64,000 nt of DNA from a virus. A model generated the notes under the pieces. The model was given only the letters and a program-made list of their open reading frames with translations, was not told the origin of the DNA and made no database searches. The stretch is taken from IMG/VR virus record IMGVR_UViG_3300015024_000001, positions 1 through 64,000 of that record; one strand, 5' to 3'. Numbering within the stretch: position 1 is the first letter of the stretch; the number at the start of each line of letters is the position of its first letter. A program made the translations under genes and the position numbers. Below, one piece after another: positions 20,496-28,836 of the stretch.

Positions 20496-20933
20496 ATGAA
20501 GTTATATTTATCTTTTCCCATGACCTCTAGAAGTTTTGATGACCTTGAGACTTATGTTCTTGAAACAAAAGCACAACTAGAATCTTATGGTTATGATGTC
20601 TTACATCCCCTCACAGCCACTTCCTTTCTACGTTCTTCAGTTATTGCTCATACAGGATATCAACATCCTGAAGCTACTGATCGTGCTGCGTTCTCTAGAG
20701 ATAAAGCAATGGTGCAACTTGCAGACGTAATCTATTGCAATTGTGAAGACTTTGAGAAACCTTCCACTGGCTGTTTATACGAACTTGCATGGGCAGAGGT
20801 CTACAATAAACAAGTGGTGCTAGCTTGTCCACATGAACAACACGCTTTTGTAAAGCAAAGTATAGGTGTACAATTTGAAACACATTCTGAATCTATGGAC
20901 TACTTGAGAAAATTAAACTATGGTATTATTTGA
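20496..20933 (+). CDS. nucleoside 2-deoxyribosyltransferase-like protein
   Basis: LYLSFPM, RDKAMVQLAD, STGCLYELAWA. Confidence 0.8.
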   Translation: MKLYLSFPMTSRSFDDLETYVLETKAQLESYGYDVLHPLTATSFLRSSVIAHTGYQHPEATDRAAFSRDKAMVQLADVIYCNCEDFEKPSTGCLYELAWAEVYNKQVVLACPHEQHAFVKQSIGVQFETHSESMDYLRKLNYGII

Positions 20934-21071
20934 CGAACTAATAGCTTTAGCTACCAAGTAATCGTCCTGCTGAAACAAGACCTCATAGATTTACACCAGA
21001 ATTACTAAGCTATGAGGAGTTCTTAAAAAAGTGATATACTAACTGTATAGTAATATACAAAAGGTTATCTA

Positions 21072-21575
21072 GTGGCTATTGTACAAGTATTAGGTCTCGA
21101 TGGAGGTTCGAGAAATTTGGGAGTATCTATCATAGACTACAACACGGAAATACAAACACTAAATTGTCTTGATGCAACTCATTTCGTTAGTAAAGGTGTT
21201 AGTATACCTGAGCAGTTAGATAGTGTAGCTCAATTCCTAAAACAGTACATAGACACTTATTCACCATCTATTTTTTCGTATGAAGCAATGGTTTTCAAAG
21301 GGAAGTTTAGTGCTGGTAATGGGGTCGGGATACAGAATGCAATGGGAGTTATACGACTTATAGCTTACAAAAAAGGACTGCAAGAATTTTCTTACAGTCC
21401 TAAACATATTAAACTTATAACTACAGGTAAATCAACAGCAGATAAACAAGATATAATTAATAAAGTATCAGCCCTTTTTCCTTCTACGGTCTTTAAGATT
21501 TCACATAATCATGCTGCTGATGCAGTTGCAATTGGACTTACATATCTTGTAGACCAGCATAAAATAAAACTATGA
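21072..21575 (+). CDS. ruvC: Holliday junction resolvase RuvC
   Basis: LGLDGG, YE, YSPKHIK...GKSTADK, HAADAVAIG. Confidence 0.9.
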   Translation: MAIVQVLGLDGGSRNLGVSIIDYNTEIQTLNCLDATHFVSKGVSIPEQLDSVAQFLKQYIDTYSPSIFSYEAMVFKGKFSAGNGVGIQNAMGVIRLIAYKKGLQEFSYSPKHIKLITTGKSTADKQDIINKVSALFPSTVFKISHNHAADAVAIGLTYLVDQHKIKL

Positions 21576-22156
21576 AAAACAGAATAAAGTGGTACTTACA
21601 AGAAACAGAAGAAGATTCTGACATACCTTGTCATACAGATGTTGGTAGGTCTAGACCAGCAAAAGTGAGTAGGTCATACAATAACATACCTCCACGTTTT
21701 ATGATGACAACTATTACACCAGAGATTATAGATATATTAGAAGCTCAACCTATATCAGAGTACATAGAAAAGAAGTTTGATGCTTTTGTGTTAGCATTAC
21801 AATCTATTGCAAATACCAAACACACAAGAGAGTTGACTAATGAACGAGAATATTTTATAAAGTTAACACCTAATAAGATACAGAATTGGTGCCAGATAAC
21901 AAAACAAGAGTTATTAGACTTATCTATATTAGAACTTGTAGATAAATACACAGCGATTAAGTACAGAAAGAACAAGAATATGGTATGTAACTATGACAAC
22001 TCTACACTACACTTGTCTACTACTGATGCAGAGAAGTTTGTGGATATAATGCTTAATCTTCCTGAACCATCTAATAACTTAAAAAACTATTGCAGAATCA
22101 GCAAGATGTTCCTGCTGAGTTTCAACAAATATTGCATGATAATTTTTGGGAGATAG
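21572..22156 (+). CDS. hypothetical protein
   Basis: 194-aa ORF coupled to ruvC. Confidence 0.65.
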   Translation: MKNRIKWYLQETEEDSDIPCHTDVGRSRPAKVSRSYNNIPPRFMMTTITPEIIDILEAQPISEYIEKKFDAFVLALQSIANTKHTRELTNEREYFIKLTPNKIQNWCQITKQELLDLSILELVDKYTAIKYRKNKNMVCNYDNSTLHLSTTDAEKFVDIMLNLPEPSNNLKNYCRISKMFLLSFNKYCMIIFGR

Positions 22157-22159
22157 TCA

Positions 22160-22444
22160 GTGATAAAAATGCATGATAAAGCAGACAGTAAATTAGGAGA
22201 TTCTTTTTATAACGCTAAAGATAATAAGTGGTATTATTTTGACGGTATTAATTGGGTACTAGGACTTTATTTCGTATATGAAAATTATAAAGGCACTGTA
22301 GCAGAACGTTGTGTTATACCACTAAGTATCTTTTTTGGTGTCACAGAATATCATAAACAATCTGCATATATGATGCATACATGGGACATAGAAAAGAAAG
22401 CTTACAGAGACTTTGCTTTAAATAATATTCAGAGATTTTTATGA
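22160..22444 (+). CDS. small WYL-domain protein
   Basis: YENYKG..AERCVIP...FG.TEYH...WDIEKKAYRDFAL..I. Confidence 0.75.
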   Translation: MIKMHDKADSKLGDSFYNAKDNKWYYFDGINWVLGLYFVYENYKGTVAERCVIPLSIFFGVTEYHKQSAYMMHTWDIEKKAYRDFALNNIQRFL

Positions 22445-23096
22445 GTAAACGTATAAAGTATACTACATAAGTGAACTTACTTAGAACTTATATGACAATC
22501 AAATACAGAAAAGAATAAAACTATAGTATGCTACACTATAAAGACTTTATAAAATAAACTATGTATTTACTTCTACTTGACCTTATTTCAAAACGTAAAT
22601 ATCCTAAACGTTATAGTTTAGATGGTAATTACCTAACTTATAGAATCGGTAATCATGTCAACTTAAACTATGACACACGTAAAATTGAAACTGAAACTGA
22701 TTCTGATTCTGATGAATACACTGATTTATTACATTTAATTGAGTGGTCTTGTGATATGGCGGCAAGAGAATCAGGTTATCCTGAACTTCTAACTATAGAA
22801 GAACTTGAAGCACTTGAATCTTCAGAATATTTTGCTACAAAAGATGGCATTGTGATATGTGTTAATCGTGAACTTTTACAGAAACAAATAACAAAGTTAG
22901 ATGTAAACTGTACTATTGAACCCAAAGGAAGACCTGTAGTTGTACACTTCCCAACTTTTGATATTACTATTCCTGAAGGTACATCTCACAAACATATTAA
23001 AACTCTTCTACTAGAAGCTGTTAGTAGATAAATATACAACCACCAATATTTTCTTCTATGGTCTTTACATCCACACTTATGAGTAAACGTATAAAG
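22439..23096 (+). repeat. 20-bp direct repeat (22439-22458 and 23077-23096) flanking one CDS
   Basis: ttatgagtaaacgtataaag present twice. Confidence 0.85.
22561..23031 (+). CDS. hypothetical protein
   Basis: 156-aa ORF between the direct repeats. Confidence 0.65.
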   Translation: MYLLLLDLISKRKYPKRYSLDGNYLTYRIGNHVNLNYDTRKIETETDSDSDEYTDLLHLIEWSCDMAARESGYPELLTIEELEALESSEYFATKDGIVICVNRELLQKQITKLDVNCTIEPKGRPVVVHFPTFDITIPEGTSHKHIKTLLLEAVSR

Positions 23097-23123
23097 CAAA
23101 CTATATGGATTGATGATTCTTAT

Positions 23124-24436
23124 CGGAAAAACGGGTTTAAAACCCCGTGCTTCTAGCACGGCTTTATATCAATAAGCTACATCTTATGTTAGAATATACT
23201 ACATAAGATTAGATAAATCCATGTTAGTTCTCGAAGCAAAACTAAAAGGCAAAGCAGAGCAGTACAACCTCATTGATGAGGCTATCCGTACCGCTCTGTT
23301 TTGTCGCAACAAGGCTTTGAGGTACTGGATAGATAATCGTGACACTGGCAGATATGACCTCAATAAGTTCATGGCTGTGCTTGCCAAGGATTTTGATTTT
23401 GCAAATAAATTAAACTCTCAAGCAAGACAATCAAGTGCTGAAAGAGCATGGTCTGGTATCGCTAGATTTTTTGACAACTGCAAAAAGAAAGTATCAGGTA
23501 AGAAGGGATATCCAAGATTTAAGAAACGTGGTCAATCGGTTGAATACAAACAAACTGGATGGAAGCTTTCTGAAGACAGGAAATACCTAACTTTAACTGA
23601 TGGTTTTAAGATTGGCAAAGTCAAATTAGTCGGTAGCCGTGACCTTAACTTCTATCAGATTGAGCAAATTAAACGAGTCAGGCTGGTTCGCCGTGCTGAC
23701 GGATATTACGCTCAGTTCTGTGTCGATGTTGACCGCAGGGAAGATTTAGAGCCATCTAAATCTACGATTGGTTTAGATGTTGGATTGAATCATTTCTATA
23801 CCGATAGCAATGGTCAAACAGTCAAAAATCCTAGATTCCTTAGAAAGTCAGAACGTCAACTCAAAAAGTTGCAACGTAAAGTTTCTAAGCGTAAAAAGGG
23901 ATCAGTTAATCGCAGAAAAGCAATTAAGTGGTTAGCAAGAAAGCATTTGCAAGTAAGTAGGCAGCGTAAAGACTTTGCGGTAAAAACTGCAAGGTGCGTA
24001 GTTCGGTCTAACGACCTGATTGCCTATGAAGATTTGCAAGTACGGAATATGGTCAAGAATCATAAATTAGCCAAGTCAATATCTGATGCAAGCTGGTCGA
24101 TGTTTCGTGATTGGGTTGAGTATTTTGGCAAAGTGTTTGGTAAGGTCACGATTGCAGTACCACCACAATATACAAGTCAGAATTGCTCAACTTGCGGGAC
24201 TTTAATCAAGAAATCGCTGAGTGAGCGCACTCATCAATGCAGTCATTGCGGTAGGGTTTTAGACCGCGACCACAATGCTGCATTGAATATCTTGGCTATT
24301 GGTTTAAATAGGGTAGGGCTTACCCAAATTTCTACGCCTGTGGAGAGTTCGACCTCTGCCTTGTAGATTTAGGTCTACTTGGTAAGTTGTCTCGCCGAAT
24401 CAGGAATCCTCACGCCTTCAGGCTGAGGAGTGTCAA
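23124..24436 (+). mobile_element. IS200/IS605-family element carrying tnpB only (IS1341-like, no tnpA)
   Basis: TTAT target at 23120-23123; left-end hairpin ccgtgc-ttcta-gcacgg; right-end hairpin cctcacgccttcaggctgagg and terminal TCAA; the reconstructed empty site restores the portal stop codon. Confidence 0.9.
23221..24366 (+). CDS. tnpB: TnpB RNA-guided endonuclease, apparently intact
   Basis: RuvC triad GLDVG / AYEDL / DRDHNAA and zinc finger CSTC...CSHC. Confidence 0.95.
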   Translation: MLVLEAKLKGKAEQYNLIDEAIRTALFCRNKALRYWIDNRDTGRYDLNKFMAVLAKDFDFANKLNSQARQSSAERAWSGIARFFDNCKKKVSGKKGYPRFKKRGQSVEYKQTGWKLSEDRKYLTLTDGFKIGKVKLVGSRDLNFYQIEQIKRVRLVRRADGYYAQFCVDVDRREDLEPSKSTIGLDVGLNHFYTDSNGQTVKNPRFLRKSERQLKKLQRKVSKRKKGSVNRRKAIKWLARKHLQVSRQRKDFAVKTARCVVRSNDLIAYEDLQVRNMVKNHKLAKSISDASWSMFRDWVEYFGKVFGKVTIAVPPQYTSQNCSTCGTLIKKSLSERTHQCSHCGRVLDRDHNAALNILAIGLNRVGLTQISTPVESSTSAL

Positions 24437-24452
24437 GGATAGTTATTAGGTA
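24300..24452 (+). ncRNA. predicted TnpB omegaRNA (right-end scaffold plus flank-derived guide); 5' boundary uncertain
   Basis: Established TnpB biology; hairpins gtagatttaggtctac and the right-end stem; guide would begin at 24437 (ggatagttattagg...). Confidence 0.55.
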
Positions 24453-25926
24453 AATTTTCTAAAGTATCTTTAGGTACTGCTGTAGCTACTTGTGGATCTT
24501 GTTGTTGTAATTGATCTTGTTGTTGTTTTCCTTGATCTACTTGTGTTTTAGCATTAGAGATAGCACTTTGACTATTAAGCCATTTTGTCATTAATTCAAG
24601 ATTTTTTAACTTATTAGCATCTTCAAGTTCAGGTTGTGCCATAGGATTTAATCCTAAATCTTTACGTATTTGATTTTGTATCTCAGTGTCATCAGCAGAG
24701 AATAGACCTGATGCAATACATGATAATACTGTTGATACACGATTATTACGATCTACAGCAGACTCATCAGAGATAAATTCAAAACTACCATATTCTTTTG
24801 ATTCTCCAAACTCCCAAACAAGTAAAGGTTTAACTACTTTATTTATCATTTCTTCACGCATACCTTGTACAACGCTTTCCACACCTGCATCAAACATAGA
24901 TTTATGATTCTGTGAGAGTCCACTATTACCAAATGTACCACTAGTTCCTTCATTAAATAGAGATTGTGGAACACCAAAAGATAGTGATAAATTTTTCTCT
25001 ATAAGATTAAAAGCATAACTCCAGAACTGTTCACCTGTCTGTGTTTGTAATACTTGTAGATTAGTTTCATTATCAGTTACAATAAGATCACTATTCTCAA
25101 GTTCTTTAAGTTGCATATATAATGCTTTTTGCTTTGTTATAGTAATAGCCTTACCTGTCTGATCTACACGTAGTTTGTCATCAGCATCATATAACTGCAT
25201 ACGTTGTGTAGAGTTTGTCTGTCCCCATAATACACCAGTGGCATTATTCTTAGCTGCAATACCAAATTCGGTAGATATTAATTGACGTAATTTATACCAG
25301 TTTAATGCTTTTTCACAATCAGCAGATCCCCATATGAGATCTGTATTGAAAGGGACGGTATCTGTATTAGTTATATGTAGACACTTTCTATAATCTATGT
25401 ATATTGTATTATTATGTCTATCTCTATAACCAAACTCAATTACTCTACCATTTGTACCTCTCACTGAAATATTACGAATATCAAGTACATTAATACTTTT
25501 CAACATCCATTTATTACGAAATCCAGGCATCATAGAAGAGAAATTAACTTCAGCCACAGAATAACCAAAAGTCATAGCACTAGCTAATCGTGCTAATATA
25601 GTACGAAAACTACCTTCCATATTATTTAGATTCTTACGTACAAACTCTTGATAGTCTTTATTATTATGTGTATACTGACCAAAAGTTATCTGTGCGCGTA
25701 ATACTTTTATAGCAGCACAAAAACCAACAAGTGGATCTTTCTCAATCATCTTAATCCACTCCCCATATACACGACGCTTAGGACTATATATTTCTGTAAT
25801 ATATCGTCCTGTAAGTGCTTGGACTGATGTAGTTAGACGAGCATTAGTTGGTATGTACAGGGAAGGTTGAAAATCTTCATAAGAAAGATTTTCGTTGCGG
25901 TTAATAACTTGGGGAAATAATGACAT
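24433..25926 (-). CDS. portal protein (DUF935/Mu gp29-like)
   Basis: 497 aa; MIEKDPLV, AMTFGYSVAEVNF, G.NSGLSQNH, INKVVKPLLVWEFG, IRKDLGL. Confidence 0.8.
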   Translation of the reverse strand: MSLFPQVINRNENLSYEDFQPSLYIPTNARLTTSVQALTGRYITEIYSPKRRVYGEWIKMIEKDPLVGFCAAIKVLRAQITFGQYTHNNKDYQEFVRKNLNNMEGSFRTILARLASAMTFGYSVAEVNFSSMMPGFRNKWMLKSINVLDIRNISVRGTNGRVIEFGYRDRHNNTIYIDYRKCLHITNTDTVPFNTDLIWGSADCEKALNWYKLRQLISTEFGIAAKNNATGVLWGQTNSTQRMQLYDADDKLRVDQTGKAITITKQKALYMQLKELENSDLIVTDNETNLQVLQTQTGEQFWSYAFNLIEKNLSLSFGVPQSLFNEGTSGTFGNSGLSQNHKSMFDAGVESVVQGMREEMINKVVKPLLVWEFGESKEYGSFEFISDESAVDRNNRVSTVLSCIASGLFSADDTEIQNQIRKDLGLNPMAQPELEDANKLKNLELMTKWLNSQSAISNAKTQVDQGKQQQDQLQQQDPQVATAVPKDTLENLPNNYP

Positions 25927-25962
25927 AATTTTTATATATATAATACTATAATATCATATTTT

Positions 25963-27036
25963 ATGCATATAGCTTGGCTTGGAAAAGGAATGCCTGACTC
26001 TGGTAATATCACTTATTCGCGTGAGACAACCAATAGACTTTGCGCCTTTGGTGTGAAAGTTAGTTTCTTAAAACTGATAATTAGTGATGATCTCCAACCA
26101 TTTGATGAGTCAGATTACAAAGCCGATATTTATATTGTGCCACTCAACGCAGACGCTAATTTTATTGAAAAGTTGTTACGCGAACTAAAGCCTGACATTG
26201 TTCATGTTTCGCTAGCTGCTTCGTGCATTGACTTTGAAATCCCAAAAATATGCAAAAGATTGGGTATTCCGATTATTGGGATATTTCATCAGCCGTTTAA
26301 TATTGTATTTAATTATCAAATAGCTCAGGATAATTTCACTTGCTACCAGATCTACGCACCAACATTGTGTGAATACGATCACATAATTGCTATTAGCGAA
26401 TCTCAAAAACAATTACTCCACAGGGTAGGTGTTGACGATGCAAAAATAAGCATCATCCCTTATGGTATGGATACCGACTTTTACTGTCCTAGAGCATCAA
26501 AAAACCACAGTGACTTAATCTTTTTGTATCAAGGGCGTATAGCTAAGGAGAAGAACTTAGAAGCTCTACTAGACGCTTGGGTTGACTGCAATATGCCTCT
26601 AACTAGCAAGCTACTTTTAATGGGTACAGGCGATTTACTTGATGCCTTTAGCGCTAAGTACACAGTGAAAAATATTGAATGGTTAGGTCACATAGCAGAT
26701 AAAAAACATCGGTTAAGAATATTACAAAATGCTGATTTTTTTATTAGTCCATCACTTGCCGATGCAATGTCTCTATCATTACTAGAAGCGATGTCTTGTG
26801 GTATTTACTGTGTTGCAACAGATATAGGAGCGCACAAAGAGCTTTTAGACAGTTTTGGTACGCTGGTATCACCTATTACCACAAAGCAAGATTTGTGTGA
26901 GTTACTACCAATTCTTAGTAGATGTAAAGTTGATGAGATAAGGAATGTTGTTATCAATAAGTACAATATAGCAGACAGTCTAGATAAACTTTTACGATTA
27001 TATAAAAGCTGCAACATCAATTGTAGTAAATGCTGA
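25963..27036 (+). CDS. glycosyltransferase family 4, cyanobacterial type
   Basis: MHIAWLGK...GNITYSRE, GRIAKEKN, SLSLLEAMSCG, ATDIG. Confidence 0.9.
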   Translation: MHIAWLGKGMPDSGNITYSRETTNRLCAFGVKVSFLKLIISDDLQPFDESDYKADIYIVPLNADANFIEKLLRELKPDIVHVSLAASCIDFEIPKICKRLGIPIIGIFHQPFNIVFNYQIAQDNFTCYQIYAPTLCEYDHIIAISESQKQLLHRVGVDDAKISIIPYGMDTDFYCPRASKNHSDLIFLYQGRIAKEKNLEALLDAWVDCNMPLTSKLLLMGTGDLLDAFSAKYTVKNIEWLGHIADKKHRLRILQNADFFISPSLADAMSLSLLEAMSCGIYCVATDIGAHKELLDSFGTLVSPITTKQDLCELLPILSRCKVDEIRNVVINKYNIADSLDKLLRLYKSCNINCSKC

Positions 27037-28668
27037 GTCTTCTGGTATTGTAAAATAATTTACATTTTGTTCATTATTAGATGCTGAATTTAGATTACTT
27101 ATATTTACTGTTCCTTTACTCTTATCTTTGCTATCTACTGTAAAATAGTACAATTTACTATGAACGAGGTTACTACCTAACCTAATCTTCAGTATTTGTT
27201 GATTAGTGTTTGGATCAATAGCAAGTAAATCTAATTTTTTTTCTGTTTTATTCCATAAGTAGTAATCAGAATTTAAGTTATCTAAACGAAGTTTAATATA
27301 AAATGCTTGATAGCTGTTCAAATCTAATAATTTATCTACGATCTCAGTAATTACATAAGAGTTAGGGTCGATAGGTAGAGAGATATTAGGTATTTGTAAT
27401 AACTTAAATTCTTCATATGAGCTAGTACTTGAAGCTAGAAAATCAACCTTTAACAGCCTGTCAGTCTCAGGGTAATTATCAAATCTAATATCATTAATTA
27501 CGTTCTCTTCTGGTCTTATCAAAACAGAAAAACCCTGTCTAAAAGGTATGAATTTTACAGGTGTGATTGGTAGTAAAAAATTACTGTTAAATAGTAGGCT
27601 AGAACTTAAAGTACTATAAAACATAGTATTTATTTCTACCCCTATTAAGATTCCCAAAGCACCATCAGGCAGACCAAGATAAGCTAATGCCTGTTTACTT
27701 TGAGCCATTATAGAATAAACAGGTGGTATATAGTGGGGATTTGATAGAGGAAATTGACCACCACTGTAAGGTACACTATTACTAGCTTGACTATGAGCAT
27801 CTAAAAGTCTATCATTTCTATAGCCGTAGTCAAAATAGCCTGATTCACTAGAATAAGTATAAACTCCCTGTGGAATTTGAGTGCGAGTCCCCCTAACTGA
27901 AAATGAACCGTCACCTGCTACAATAGCACTAATTATAGGGAGATTAAAAAGATCGCTATCTGGAAAAGTGAATCTTGATTTATATATAGTTCCATTACTA
28001 TATACATAAAAATCTAAAGCATTATGATCCTCAATTGGTTGAGTTATAAAATGCACTTTAAAACTATGTAATGTTTTAGTTATAGTGCTAGTGTAGAATG
28101 AAGGATTCAATCTAGAATATATCCCTACAATTCCATTGCAAGGATAAAGCACTGACACCGCTTTACCGCCAACAGTACGACTTAGTTTAAATGTACCTTG
28201 ATTAGCATCACGCACATAATATATACCACCTATACCTGTATTTGTATTTAGTGGATCGGTTATGATACTAGAAATCAACACTTGAGAATTTAAAACAAAG
28301 TTATGTTCGCTTACATTAAAAATACCATCAGTCCCTACCTGAAACTGCTTACTTGGTGTTACTAATGATTCTATTAAAGGATTAATTTTATAAATTAGTG
28401 CAGGGTTAGATTGATGACCACCTACATATAATTCTGTTATAGCATAATCTTTCTCAAATTTTTTGAGTAAGAAGATAACACTAGATTTAAAATTTATAAC
28501 TTGTTGTTTATTTCTATATGTGATTTGTGTTTGTCTAGATATTAAATTAGTACCACCTTTTAATTCTGTACCATTTACAGACATAGAAGAAAAAGATGTC
28601 TGTTGTATAGTATTATTTTTAATAGCTCTCTGCTTATATTTATTTATAAGTTCAGAATCAGATGTCAT
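26998..28668 (-). CDS. putative tail/virion structural protein
   Basis: 556 aa, beta-rich, in tail block. Confidence 0.55.
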   Translation of the reverse strand: MTSDSELINKYKQRAIKNNTIQQTSFSSMSVNGTELKGGTNLISRQTQITYRNKQQVINFKSSVIFLLKKFEKDYAITELYVGGHQSNPALIYKINPLIESLVTPSKQFQVGTDGIFNVSEHNFVLNSQVLISSIITDPLNTNTGIGGIYYVRDANQGTFKLSRTVGGKAVSVLYPCNGIVGIYSRLNPSFYTSTITKTLHSFKVHFITQPIEDHNALDFYVYSNGTIYKSRFTFPDSDLFNLPIISAIVAGDGSFSVRGTRTQIPQGVYTYSSESGYFDYGYRNDRLLDAHSQASNSVPYSGGQFPLSNPHYIPPVYSIMAQSKQALAYLGLPDGALGILIGVEINTMFYSTLSSSLLFNSNFLLPITPVKFIPFRQGFSVLIRPEENVINDIRFDNYPETDRLLKVDFLASSTSSYEEFKLLQIPNISLPIDPNSYVITEIVDKLLDLNSYQAFYIKLRLDNLNSDYYLWNKTEKKLDLLAIDPNTNQQILKIRLGSNLVHSKLYYFTVDSKDKSKGTVNISNLNSASNNEQNVNYFTIPEDSAFTTIDVAAFI

Positions 28669-28835
28669 AGTTTTACTGATTGTGCTTGTGTTTGTGTGCT
28701 ACGAGTCTTATTAACTTCAACTGTCTGTGAACCAACTGTGATGCTAAATGTACGATCATCTTCACTAGGTATAGCTTTATACTTACTAAAAAGACCTTGA
28801 AAATTTTTAAGAATTTGAATTTGTGTATTATTCAT
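28665..28835 (-). CDS. small hypothetical protein (56 aa, not in ORF track)
   Basis: MNNTQIQILKNFQ...QSVKL fills the gap exactly with an ATGA overlap. Confidence 0.6.
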   Translation of the reverse strand: MNNTQIQILKNFQGLFSKYKAIPSEDDRTFSITVGSQTVEVNKTRSTQTQAQSVKL

Positions 28836-28836
28836 A

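Noticed and set aside
4162-23387. - strand or alternative-frame ORFs inside the + block (e.g. 9351-9659, 12815-13231, 19102-19383, 23199-23387)
   Set aside because: Overlap stronger + strand genes; only 8464-8721 fills a real gap
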